Shown piece by piece: positions 10,154 to 21,236 of a stretch of DNA of 64,000 nucleotides (position 1 is the first letter of the stretch; each line of letters starts with the position of its first letter). The notes under the pieces were generated by a model. That model was not told where the DNA came from and did not search any database. It saw only the letters and a list, made by a program, of their open reading frames with translations. The translations under genes and the position numbers were made by a program. Source of the stretch: Candidatus Algichlamydia australiensis (lineage in GTDB: Bacteria; Chlamydiota; Chlamydiia; Chlamydiales; JAJFMI01); NCBI GenBank assembly GCA_033977065.1, contig JAXCHI010000002.1, positions 207,233 through 271,232 of the forward strand, written 5' to 3'.

Positions 10154-10814
10154 TTCTCTTCTTTTGCCATCTCCTTATGCGGTTTTTGTGCGATTGATTC
10201 AACACTTTCCGCAGTTCCTTTTCCATCTTTCAGCAACTCTTCTTGAGATGATTCTTGGTATGGGGTTAGCAGCTCTGATCGCATTTCCAATCGGGTATTT
10301 GATGGCGCGTTTTAAAACTGTAGGGATGACTCTACAACCTGTTTTTCTTTTGATAAAATGCTTGCCGATGTTTGCTTTAGCTCCGATTATGCTCCTCTTT
10401 TTTGGTTGGTCGATGATTAGTATTGTAATTCCTACAGCCTTAATGATCATCTTCCCTCTTACTATCAATATTTACCGCGGTCTTATGACGGCAAAAAAGA
10501 GTCATCTTGAATACTTTCAGGTACATGGTGCGAGCGCGTGGCAAACCTTTTGGAAACTCAAATTTCCTTTTGCAATGCCCTACATATTTTCGGGCCTGCG
10601 CATCTCTGCGGGCTTAGCTGCAATGGGAGCCATTGCAGGAGAGTGGGCGGGTGCCCAGAGAGGCCTTGGCATCTATCTGCAAGAGTGCCGTTTTCAATTT
10701 GATATAGAGGGGGTTTTTGCCACACTCATTGTACTTCTTATGATGAGCACGCTCTTTTATGGCGCTTTCATTCTTCTTGAAAAGCTTGTTACAAGGAGGA
10801 AGTTTGAAACGTAG
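10143..10814 (+). CDS. ABC transporter permease (ThiX-like)
   Basis: 223-aa ORF with about six TM segments and a BPD-type permease layout, lying between the ATPase and binding-protein genes. Confidence 0.8.
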   Translation: MLASSLLLPSPYAVFVRLIQHFPQFLFHLSATLLEMILGMGLAALIAFPIGYLMARFKTVGMTLQPVFLLIKCLPMFALAPIMLLFFGWSMISIVIPTALMIIFPLTINIYRGLMTAKKSHLEYFQVHGASAWQTFWKLKFPFAMPYIFSGLRISAGLAAMGAIAGEWAGAQRGLGIYLQECRFQFDIEGVFATLIVLLMMSTLFYGAFILLEKLVTRRKFET

Positions 10815-11727
10815 ATTTTTTCTCCTCCTCTTTCCGCTTTTTCTCTTTAGTGGGGAGCGCGTTCGACTTCTTTTAGATTGGTACCCCAATCCTGATCATG
10901 TTCCAATATATGCGGGAAAAGAAAAGGGGTTTTTTCGAGAAGAGGGGATCGATTTAGAGTTGATTAAACTCTATGATCCTATACAGACAATGGCACTTGT
11001 TGAAATGGGGAGAGTGGATATTGCCATCCATGTCTCCATCCCTCTAATGCGAGTCGCTTGCCGCACAAAAAATTTCAAAATTATTGGCACCTATGTTGAT
11101 AAGCCTTTGCAGGGAGTTACTGTACGAGCAGATAGTGGAATTTTAACGCCCAAGGATTTAGATGGGAAAGTCATTAGTGCAAAACCTGACGGCTCTGTCT
11201 CTTTAGTTCTAGGTGCTTTTGCAAAAAAAGAGGGGATCGCCTTCAAAGAAATCAAAAAGATTCCCATGGATCTTACTCCTATTCTAGCAACAGGAGCAGC
11301 AGACGGAGTTTCGGGAATCATGTGGAATGTTGATCCTGTGATGCTTGATACAGTGGGCGTTGCCACGCGCTCATTTCGCTTTGATGAATTAGGTGCACCT
11401 GTCTATCCCGAGCTGCTGCTTGTCTGCAATAAGAAGTATGCGAAACAAAATCCCCAAACAATCGCAAAGTTTTTACGCGCTCTTGAAAAAAGTAATCAAT
11501 TTTCTGTTGATAACGAAGAGGAGAGCTTCTCTCTTTACGCCAAAGCACTTCCTACTAAAAGTCCAAAAACAATTGCATGGGAGCGCAAATCTTGGGCGGT
11601 AACTGCCCCTCAAATAGCGAGAAAGGTAGCACCTGACGAAAAATCGATCCAGACCCTCTACGATTGGATGGAAGAGGGGAACTTTTTAAAAGAGAAATTT
11701 TCACCTACTAGCCTTATTCATAAATAA
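10804..11727 (+). CDS. NMT1/THI5-like substrate-binding protein (ThiY-like)
   Basis: Motif LLLDWYPNPDHVPIYAGKEKGFF is typical of NMT1/THI5/ThiY binding proteins. I prefer the TTG start at 10804, preceded by aaggagga (10793-10800) and giving signal peptide KRRFFLLLFPLFLFSG. The ORF-track start is 10759. Confidence 0.75.
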   Translation: MKRRFFLLLFPLFLFSGERVRLLLDWYPNPDHVPIYAGKEKGFFREEGIDLELIKLYDPIQTMALVEMGRVDIAIHVSIPLMRVACRTKNFKIIGTYVDKPLQGVTVRADSGILTPKDLDGKVISAKPDGSVSLVLGAFAKKEGIAFKEIKKIPMDLTPILATGAADGVSGIMWNVDPVMLDTVGVATRSFRFDELGAPVYPELLLVCNKKYAKQNPQTIAKFLRALEKSNQFSVDNEEESFSLYAKALPTKSPKTIAWERKSWAVTAPQIARKVAPDEKSIQTLYDWMEEGNFLKEKFSPTSLIHK

Positions 11728-11753
11728 CTAATAATCAATTGTTTGTTATTTTA

Positions 11754-11782
11754 TTAACAAAAATTTAAAAATATGTTATAAT
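11754..11782 (+). promoter_or_regulatory. near-consensus sigma70-type promoter (TTAACA-17 nt-TATAAT)
   Basis: ttaaca at 11754-11759, a 17-nt spacer, and tataat at 11777-11782. This is only 11 nt upstream of the ATG at 11794. Confidence 0.35.
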
Positions 11783-13062
11783 TTTCTTTAGTTATGGAAG
11801 GACTAAAGGAAGTTTTCTCAAAAAAACCGCAAGACCCTTATAAGTATATGCCTTTTCAAAGGCATGATGCTCCCTCTGGGCATCTGCTATATGGTCAAAA
11901 ATCGCCTCCTGAATATGAGCATACGCCAACTAGCTATTTTGAAGTTGTATCAAATGGAGAAGTGGCGATGGCCCCTGCAGAGGAAGGTCTTAGTAATAGA
12001 GTCTCTTCCTTTTTTCAAGATCTCTCTTCTGTACCCTCCATGACTTCAGTCATCTCTGATTTAAACGCGACAGTTATCACTACCTCTCTCGATGTGCTCA
12101 AAATATTTGATCCCGAAGATTCTAAACCCTTTTTGGCAATCGGGAATCTCTCTATACTCTCAGCAGCTACCGCACCAATCAATCTACTGGATGGGTATCA
12201 AACCTTAAAAAAGACCAATAATATCGCTCAATACCGGCTTGCCCTTCTTGGTTTAGCAATCAGTGCACTTCAGTTTGTCAGAGGGTTTTTGAATCTTGCT
12301 AAAGATTTTTCTATAGATATCGCAGGAGCAGCTGGAAAAACTTTTCCAAAAGCGCAAAGAGGAGTAGCTGCTCTTATTTCTACTCTTGGTCTTGTTTTTT
12401 ACGGTGTAGTGATCTCTTATTATGGCTACAAGCTCTCTTATCATCTAAATTTTCAATGGAATTTTTCAAAACTTACAAGAAATCCCGATGCAAAAAAATT
12501 TCTTATAAAGGAGTACGAAAAAGATCCCTCCTTGTTAAAGCTAAAGATGGGTGATCTGGCTTTCCACAAATTAGACAAAATGATGAAAATGCGTGCAGAA
12601 AGGAATAAAGTTTTAGAAGATCTCCACACCAATAAAAGTGATTCTGAAGAAGATTTATGGAGAAGTCGCAGTGAAGTCAATGCGATTTTAGAGCAGAACG
12701 AATTTGATAGCATGATTAACAGTGTGAAGTGGGCGATGCGAGGCGAGAGTTTGGTTCGTATGGTGGGAATTACTGCCTGCTTAGTCTCTGTAACTTCCCT
12801 CCTCACGGCATCAATTCTTTCAGGAATGCCCGCATTGATTGCCACAATTACCCTCTCCCTTTTAGGTGGGACCCTCTGGTTAATTTCAGATAGCTTTACT
12901 CTTTGGAACTCCTTGCAAACAGGAGAAAAAAACTGGAAAACGGTCTTAAGCTTAGCGCTTCTTGTCTCAGTTTCGCTACTTGCCTTGAATACGGTTCTTC
13001 TTTTTGCAGGAGGAGCTCTCTCTGCAGCGATCATCGGAGGGATGGTTCTCTTCTGGTTTGGA

Positions 13063-14729
<1,667 letters not shown>

Positions 14730-15938
14730 TCAAAAAGACCTTAATGCTTTGGCAATCGGCATTTTAGCAACACGGAAGCCGGCAAAAAATGAGGCGATCA
14801 GAGCTGCGACTACACTCATGGCCATAGTGTAGAAGACCATAGGCCATCCAAAGGTGAACGAGACGAGGAACTGTCTAGTCATGCCAGGACCAGGTGGCAT
14901 CAAAATCCCCTTATCAACAAAGAGGGTTAAAATTATAGCGGATAGACCAATTCCCACGAGACTACCAATTAGAGCTAGCATTGCACTTTCAGTAAGGAAG
15001 AGGCGCATAATAGAAAAGACAGACTCCCCATTAGCGCGCAAATTTCCAATCTCTTCCTTACGCTCTAATACAGAAGTAGAAACGGTGTTGAAAATGCCTA
15101 AAAGAACAATAGATAAAATAATAATCTGTACAACTCTAAATTGCGCTTTAAGCCAATCTACCGAATGCTGGTAAAAGATTTTATCCAATTCAGCAAAAGA
15201 GGTTGCCTCTAAATTGGGGTAGGCCTCTTCTACCGTTTTTGCCACATGATCCCAGTCGCTCAAATCTCTTAAAGCAAGAGAGATAAGTTCAACTCGATTT
15301 GTTCTGACAAGTCTCTGTGCTCTGTTTAATTGGATACGAAATACACGGCTATCAAATTCGACAGAACCTGTATGAAAAATCCCTGTTACAACAAAATTTG
15401 CCTCATTTAAGAGGCCTTTTGCTGAAGTGGCAACAACCCTTACGCGATCACCGGGGGAAACACCCAAAGAGTTGGCAAGACCACGGCCAAGCAAAATCCC
15501 ATTCGGCTCATCTGTAAGGAGCTTTCCCTCTTCAACATTCAAACTCGTAAAAAACTCTGCCTCTTTAGCTGCTTCAATTCCTTGCCCATAGCCACTTACT
15601 GTTGTATTGCCTTTTTTAAGCAGGGCAGAAAAATTGGCACGAGGAAATACCTGTTCTACGCCATCAAGCCGCAAAAGAAACTCTTCGACCTGACGACTGT
15701 TGAGAATCCAGTGACGAGTAGGGTCCTCATAAACTTTGTCGCGATACCCCTTAGTGTTTACCTGGCCATAACCATACTGAGCGCGAATCGTATCCTCGCG
15801 ATATTGCTCTAAAACGCCTGTAATAAACCCATCAAAGGAGAAAAGTGCACCTGCTCCCATAGCAATAGTAAGCAAAATGGCAAGCGTTCTGCGTACATTA
15901 CGAAACAGATTGCGAAAAGCTAAGAAAAACCAGATCAT
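14730..15938 (-). CDS. ABC transporter permease, FtsX/LolCE/MacB-type
   Basis: 402-aa ORF with an N-terminal TM, a large periplasmic domain and three C-terminal TMs. Overlaps the ATPase gene by 4 bp. Confidence 0.8.
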   Translation of the reverse strand: MIWFFLAFRNLFRNVRRTLAILLTIAMGAGALFSFDGFITGVLEQYREDTIRAQYGYGQVNTKGYRDKVYEDPTRHWILNSRQVEEFLLRLDGVEQVFPRANFSALLKKGNTTVSGYGQGIEAAKEAEFFTSLNVEEGKLLTDEPNGILLGRGLANSLGVSPGDRVRVVATSAKGLLNEANFVVTGIFHTGSVEFDSRVFRIQLNRAQRLVRTNRVELISLALRDLSDWDHVAKTVEEAYPNLEATSFAELDKIFYQHSVDWLKAQFRVVQIIILSIVLLGIFNTVSTSVLERKEEIGNLRANGESVFSIMRLFLTESAMLALIGSLVGIGLSAIILTLFVDKGILMPPGPGMTRQFLVSFTFGWPMVFYTMAMSVVAALIASFFAGFRVAKMPIAKALRSF

Positions 15939-16606
15939 GCAATTCTCCCATCGACAAGGTGAAAATTCATTTCAGAATGCTTCTCTACCATCGGGTCGTG
16001 TGTAGAAACAATAATGGAACAGCCCCTCTCGTGTACAAGCTCCTGCATCAGTTCAACAATCCCTTCTCCCGTTTTTTGATCGAGACTAGCTGTAGGCTCA
16101 TCAGCAATAATGACATCGGGTTTTTTTGCAATGGCCCTAGCGATTGCAACCCGCTGTTTTTGCCCTCCACTTAGTTCAGAAGGCCGCTTTTTGCGTTGAT
16201 CTTCGATACCTACAGCCTGCAGAGACTCTGTTACCCGTCTTTCAATCTCGTCGCGCGAAATTCCTTGCGAAGATAGAAAGTACATCACATTTTCCTCAAC
16301 AGTCAAAACAGGAATGAGATGAAAGTGCTGAAAAATAAAACCCAAATGATACAAGCGCAATTCATTCTTCTTTTTCTCGCTCATCGATGAAATTTCGTCG
16401 CCTAAAAAATCGACACCCCCTTCTTGCACAGGCTCAATTAAACCTAAAATATTGAGAAGAGTAGATTTTCCCGATCCAGAAGGACCAGTAAACGTGATGA
16501 AAGAACCTTTTGGAATTGAAAGAGTTAAGTCGTGTAGGGCGGGAATCTTCTGTTTTCCAGCAATATAGGAAAAGTACAAATTTTTAATTAAATAAAGGTC
16601 TTCCAT
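15935..16606 (-). CDS. ABC transporter ATP-binding protein (LolD/MacB-type)
   Basis: Walker [13 protein letters not shown], signature [14 protein letters not shown], Walker B VIIADEPT. Confidence 0.9.
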   Translation of the reverse strand: MEDLYLIKNLYFSYIAGKQKIPALHDLTLSIPKGSFITFTGPSGSGKSTLLNILGLIEPVQEGGVDFLGDEISSMSEKKKNELRLYHLGFIFQHFHLIPVLTVEENVMYFLSSQGISRDEIERRVTESLQAVGIEDQRKKRPSELSGGQKQRVAIARAIAKKPDVIIADEPTASLDQKTGEGIVELMQELVHERGCSIIVSTHDPMVEKHSEMNFHLVDGRIA

Positions 16607-16641
16607 AATTAACTTAGTTATATATCATTGTATAAATAAAG

Positions 16642-17379
16642 TTAATTAAAGTAGCGAGATAAATAATCAAAATAAATTTCAGGCTCAGAGTCTTGCAAGA
16701 ATTCTTTCACAAAAGACGCGTTTTTCTTCTTAACTTTTTTGCTATGGTAGAGGACTTCACCATTGGAGACAGCGCCGTAATTGAAGTGATTGGAGTAGGC
16801 ATTCATAGCAGTTTCGCGATAGTAGTCATAATCTTGAAAAAATAGCTCCATCCGATCAAGCGGTTTACCGAGAAACACCAAAATTTCTTCAAAAACTCTT
16901 TGGGGTTCTTCTATAAGATCCTCGTAATAAACCAGCAATCGATTTTTTTTATTCCATGAGTCAAAAACTCTTAAATAATTCAAATAGTAATCAAGATTTT
17001 CTCTGTTGATTACATTGGGTTGAGCTGATTTATGGAATTTTTTTCGTGATACGAGGCTTTCCAATGGGTTGCGTACAATTAGAATCAACTTATTCTGTGT
17101 TTTACGCTGCTTTTGGACATGAGAAGAACGGTGTGTTCGCACTAAAAAAGGGGGCTTACTCTCATCGATATCCAAACCAAAAGGGTTAGCAAAATTTGAG
17201 GAGTGATTACAGTTCTTCCCCCTTGCATAAAGAAAATCATTTGAAAAGGGCTCTAAGCAGAGGAATCCCACGCCGTAAAGAAGCCAATGAGAACCTGATC
17301 TTGGCACAGAGAGCAAAATATTCTTACTAAACAGTCCCGCGTATGCAAAAAGAACGCAGCATAATAGTAGCTTTTTCAT
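16642..17379 (-). CDS. sulfotransferase-family protein with N-terminal signal/anchor
   Basis: 5'-PSB-like VPRSGSHW, 3'-PB-like IVRNPLESLVS, and LLVYYEDLIEEPQRVFEEILVFLG, the typical sulfotransferase YEDL...FLG region. N-terminus MKKLLLCCVLFAYAGLFS. Confidence 0.65.
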   Translation of the reverse strand: MKKLLLCCVLFAYAGLFSKNILLSVPRSGSHWLLYGVGFLCLEPFSNDFLYARGKNCNHSSNFANPFGLDIDESKPPFLVRTHRSSHVQKQRKTQNKLILIVRNPLESLVSRKKFHKSAQPNVINRENLDYYLNYLRVFDSWNKKNRLLVYYEDLIEEPQRVFEEILVFLGKPLDRMELFFQDYDYYRETAMNAYSNHFNYGAVSNGEVLYHSKKVKKKNASFVKEFLQDSEPEIYFDYLSRYFN

Positions 17380-17471
17380 AATTTTTCACAGTAGAAAAAG
17401 CTACTCCAAATTGCAAATAAATTTTTGTATTCTTTCTGAATCTTTCTTTGATCGAGCTTCAAAAGTGGTTT

Positions 17472-19361
17472 TTACTGTTTGTAACAGGAGTTCCTTGCAT
17501 GAGATCTAATTTTTTCAATAATTGCGTTTTTTGTATAACCAAAACGTTTTGCTAACTCATCTGGAGAACCTGATTCGCCAAAAGTCTCTATTGAAATCGC
17601 TAGCCCATTAGATCCAATGTATTTGTGCCATCCTTGATCGATTCCCGCCTCAATACTAATCTTAATTTTTCCTTGCAAAAGGGAACGTTTGTACGATAAG
17701 GGTTGTTTTTCAAATAATTCCCATGAAGGCATTGAAACAACTCTAGTCTCTTCTCCTAATTCTTTTGCAATCTCCAGTGCAAGAGATACTTCGGAGCCTG
17801 TTGCGATAAGGAGGTGTTCAACTGAAGAGGATGATTCATGTTTTATAATGTAAGCTCCTCTTCCAAGCCCATCTGACAAGGAATGAGTAGAAAGAGCGGG
17901 GAGAGGTTGTCGTGATAAGATAATTGCACTGGGACCTTGATATCGTAGTGCTACGATCCAAGCCATTTTTACCTCGTGTGCATCTGCAGGTCGTATAACA
18001 ATTAACCCCGGAATTGCACGTAGAGAAGCCAAATGTTCAATAGGTTGATGCGTGGGACCATCATGCCCTATGAAAATAGAATCATGAGTGAACTGATAAA
18101 TGACTCTTAACTTCATAATGGCACTCATTCTAATGGCGCTTTTCATGTAATCGGTAAAGGCAAGAAAAGTTCCAATGAAAGGAATAATGGAGTCAGTTTT
18201 CGCCATGCCAGCTGCCATAGATGCCATAGCGAATTCTCTAACACCATATTTAATATTTCTTGCAGCAAAATGCGTGGATGTAACGAAATTTTCATCATCT
18301 AGATAAGTGCCATCAGAAGATGCTAAGTCTGCAGAGCCACCGTTTAACATGGGAAGGTGTTGTTTCAACAGTTGAAGAATCTTATGAGAAGCCCATCTAC
18401 CAGCCGTTGGAGAGGGAATCTCAAGTTGTTCTAAAAGTGCCTCTAAATTTTGAGGGATTTCTATTTTACTAGAAGAGAAACCCTTTGCTTGACGATTTTG
18501 GAAATATGTGTAGATTTCTGGATTAACATGAAAAGGCGTTGTAGAAAGTCCTAATATTTTTTTTGTGAGAAAAGCCTCTTTTGTTCCTAGTGGGTTTCCA
18601 TGTGCGAGCGGAGTTTTTGCCTTATTTGGGGATCCGTAACCAATTTGTGTATGAGCAACAATGATGGTGGGTCTCTTTTGAGATACTCTTAATGGGCTAA
18701 TGACCTTACGAATTTGATCTATATCGTGACCATCGACTTCAAAGAAGTTCCAATTTTGTGATTGGAAACGGAGAGAAATATTTTCAGAAAAGGTTTCACT
18801 CACATAACCATCAAGAGTAGTCTTATTACAGTCATAAACTAGAATTAGATTGTTGAGATTTAAGTGGCCAGCTAGAGAACAAGCTTCATAGGAGACTCCT
18901 TCCATGAGATCACCATCTCCAGCTAAAACAACAACTTTTGACTCTACCCCTATTTTTTTTAAAGCAAGGGCCTGTCCAACTGCGAAACTAATTCCTTGCC
19001 CATCTAAACCTGTTGTCGCTTCAACGCCATCAGTTTTTGTAATGTCGGGGTGACTTGGCGTATTCGAATCAATCTGCCTATATTTTTTGAGATCACTAAT
19101 GGAGATTGGGAAGCCAGCTAAATGCAGACAGCTATAAAGCCATAGGGATCCATGTCCTGCTGAAAGAATCAAACGATCCCTTTCTGGCCAGCTAGGATGA
19201 GTAGAGTCAAAATTAAGAAATTCACCGAATAAGTAGGCTCCAATTTCGGCACATCCTAGGGGAAGACCAGGATGTCCAGAGCCTGCTTTTTCTACAGCAT
19301 CAATTGTAAGAAGTCGAATCGCATCGGCAATCTTATGAAGAATTTGATTTTGGTTTTGCAT
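17472..19361 (-). CDS. tkt: transketolase
   Basis: 629-aa ORF. TPP-binding GDGDLMEGVS, an N-terminal SGHPG motif, and a transketolase pyrimidine-binding and C-terminal domain layout. Confidence 0.9.
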   Translation of the reverse strand: MQNQNQILHKIADAIRLLTIDAVEKAGSGHPGLPLGCAEIGAYLFGEFLNFDSTHPSWPERDRLILSAGHGSLWLYSCLHLAGFPISISDLKKYRQIDSNTPSHPDITKTDGVEATTGLDGQGISFAVGQALALKKIGVESKVVVLAGDGDLMEGVSYEACSLAGHLNLNNLILVYDCNKTTLDGYVSETFSENISLRFQSQNWNFFEVDGHDIDQIRKVISPLRVSQKRPTIIVAHTQIGYGSPNKAKTPLAHGNPLGTKEAFLTKKILGLSTTPFHVNPEIYTYFQNRQAKGFSSSKIEIPQNLEALLEQLEIPSPTAGRWASHKILQLLKQHLPMLNGGSADLASSDGTYLDDENFVTSTHFAARNIKYGVREFAMASMAAGMAKTDSIIPFIGTFLAFTDYMKSAIRMSAIMKLRVIYQFTHDSIFIGHDGPTHQPIEHLASLRAIPGLIVIRPADAHEVKMAWIVALRYQGPSAIILSRQPLPALSTHSLSDGLGRGAYIIKHESSSSVEHLLIATGSEVSLALEIAKELGEETRVVSMPSWELFEKQPLSYKRSLLQGKIKISIEAGIDQGWHKYIGSNGLAISIETFGESGSPDELAKRFGYTKNAIIEKIRSHARNSCYKQ

Positions 19362-19374
19362 TTTTTTTGTGATA

Positions 19375-20370
19375 TCACGTTATGTCTTTGGCGTTTCTGA
19401 ATGCAATGTCTACAACACCATTAGCCTCAAACATATCTATGAACTCTTTATACATCTTAGAGCGGTCTTTATTTTCAGTTGGTCGAGTGAGCAATTCTTC
19501 AGAATAGACAGCAATATCTTCAATAATTCGCTCGCAGCGATAGTACGCAAGGAGAGCCAAATCTACATCAGTCTGACCATACCCTTGATAAAACAACAAC
19601 TCCTCATAAGGTTGATTCCAAATGTTTCCTACCCCTCCGCCAATAAACATCAAGTCTCGCTCTTTCGGTGCTAAGATTGCGTCATCCCAGTCAACAATAT
19701 AAAAAGTATCTTGATCACTAATCAGGACATTCCCTCCGTGAATATCTGAGTGGCAAAGCACATATTTTAGAGAGGACTTGCAAACTTTCTGGCTGAACTT
19801 TTCAGCATTGTTGATTAGCTGTAGGATCGCAGGCTTATTCTCTTGGAGAAACGTCCACAAGCTTACACTGATAGGATCATTTTTATACACAGATTTGGTT
19901 TTGTAGAGAGACTCTACAAAATTCCTCGATTTTGGAGAAAAAGATTCTCGGGGAATACCTTTTTGAAAAAGGGGAGGAAGGGGGATTTCATGTATTTGTT
20001 TCAATGTTTTTCCAAGAGAGATCCAATGATTGTCACTTAGAGAACGACTAAAGCCGTTTTGGCCTTGAATAAAAGGGTAGACAATCAGAGTGAAGTCGCC
20101 TGTTTGTTGGGTCAATTTACCATCAATTGTTTTAACTGGTTGAATGAGGTGCTGAACTCCATTTTTACGTAATAGCTCAAGAATTTCAGTGCTGCCATCA
20201 TGAAAAGGGCCTCTTCTCACCTTAACAAAGTAAATTTTTTGATCAGTGGATTCGATCTTAAATAGGGATGCATGTATATCAGCCCCTACAGGAATAAAAA
20301 TCAGAGAAGATACTTCAATTTGATAAAAAGATTTCAAACAGCTGATAAAAAGATGAGTCGATTTTTTCAT
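19375..20370 (-). CDS. aminoglycoside phosphotransferase family, APH(9)/spectinomycin-kinase-like
   Basis: Kinase catalytic loop VLCHSDIHGGNVLIS, then YIVDWDD and PKERDLMFIGGGVGN. Start placed at the ATG at 20370 (MKKSTHLF) because the ORF-track start at 20385 is TTG. The APH(9) subfamily call is from memory. Confidence 0.75.
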   Translation of the reverse strand: MKKSTHLFISCLKSFYQIEVSSLIFIPVGADIHASLFKIESTDQKIYFVKVRRGPFHDGSTEILELLRKNGVQHLIQPVKTIDGKLTQQTGDFTLIVYPFIQGQNGFSRSLSDNHWISLGKTLKQIHEIPLPPLFQKGIPRESFSPKSRNFVESLYKTKSVYKNDPISVSLWTFLQENKPAILQLINNAEKFSQKVCKSSLKYVLCHSDIHGGNVLISDQDTFYIVDWDDAILAPKERDLMFIGGGVGNIWNQPYEELLFYQGYGQTDVDLALLAYYRCERIIEDIAVYSEELLTRPTENKDRSKMYKEFIDMFEANGVVDIAFRNAKDIT

Positions 20371-20408
20371 TACAAACCATATCAATAATTATAAAAAATA
20401 CTACTTGC

Positions 20409-21236
20409 TTAATCTTCTTTTTGGGCGCTTAAAGAGCTAAGGGAGTGTTCAAAAATATCTTGAATGTGTAAAATTGTGGTATCAAAAATTGGAATTTGGA
20501 AATCTTCTTGTTTTACAAGTAATCCAAGCTCCGTGCATCCAAGTAAAATTGCTTCAGCGCCTTCGTTCCGAAGCGTATGTATTATTTCACTTATTTTTGA
20601 TTTTGAGTAGGCTTCTATTTTTCCTAGGCAAAGTTCTTGATAGATGATCTCATCGATGATTTGAGAATCCGATGGGTTTGGGGTCAGCACTTCTAAGCCA
20701 AAGTTCTCTTCTAAATTTGAGGAGTAAAACCCATCTTTCATAGTAAATTCAGTCCCAAGGAGTCCAACTCTTTTTACTCCTCTGCTGCGCAGGGCTTTTC
20801 CTGCGCTCTCTGCTATATGAAGAAAAGGGACTGAAAGAGAGTCTGTAATCTGGGGAGCAACTTTGTGCAGCGTATTGCAGCTAAGAGCGATAAAGTCAGC
20901 TCCAGCTTCTTCAAGCGACCGAGCAGCAGTACCGAGCTGGATGCCTATCTCTTCCCAATTGTTTTCGAGCTCAAGAGAGATAATAGGATCATAATTAATG
21001 CTATATAATAGCAATTTAGCGGAGTTCAACCCACCTAATTGCTTACCAACTTTCTGGTTAATGAGCTGATAATAGAGAGCTGTTGACTCCCAGCTAGCGC
21101 CTCCTATGAGACCGATTGTTTTTTGGGTAAAATGATTATGCATACTACTTTGTAGTTCAGGTGATGAAAATTCTTGCGTTTCAACAGCAAACATTTTCAA
21201 ATTTAAGAAGATGATAAAATAAGCGAAAAACTTCAT
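20409..21236 (-). CDS. aspartate/glutamate racemase-family protein with signal-like N-terminus
   Basis: IGLIGGASWEST, catalytic Cys motifs SCNTLH and GCTELG. The start ATG overlaps the ada stop (ATGA). Confidence 0.8.
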   Translation of the reverse strand: MKFFAYFIIFLNLKMFAVETQEFSSPELQSSMHNHFTQKTIGLIGGASWESTALYYQLINQKVGKQLGGLNSAKLLLYSINYDPIISLELENNWEEIGIQLGTAARSLEEAGADFIALSCNTLHKVAPQITDSLSVPFLHIAESAGKALRSRGVKRVGLLGTEFTMKDGFYSSNLEENFGLEVLTPNPSDSQIIDEIIYQELCLGKIEAYSKSKISEIIHTLRNEGAEAILLGCTELGLLVKQEDFQIPIFDTTILHIQDIFEHSLSSLSAQKED

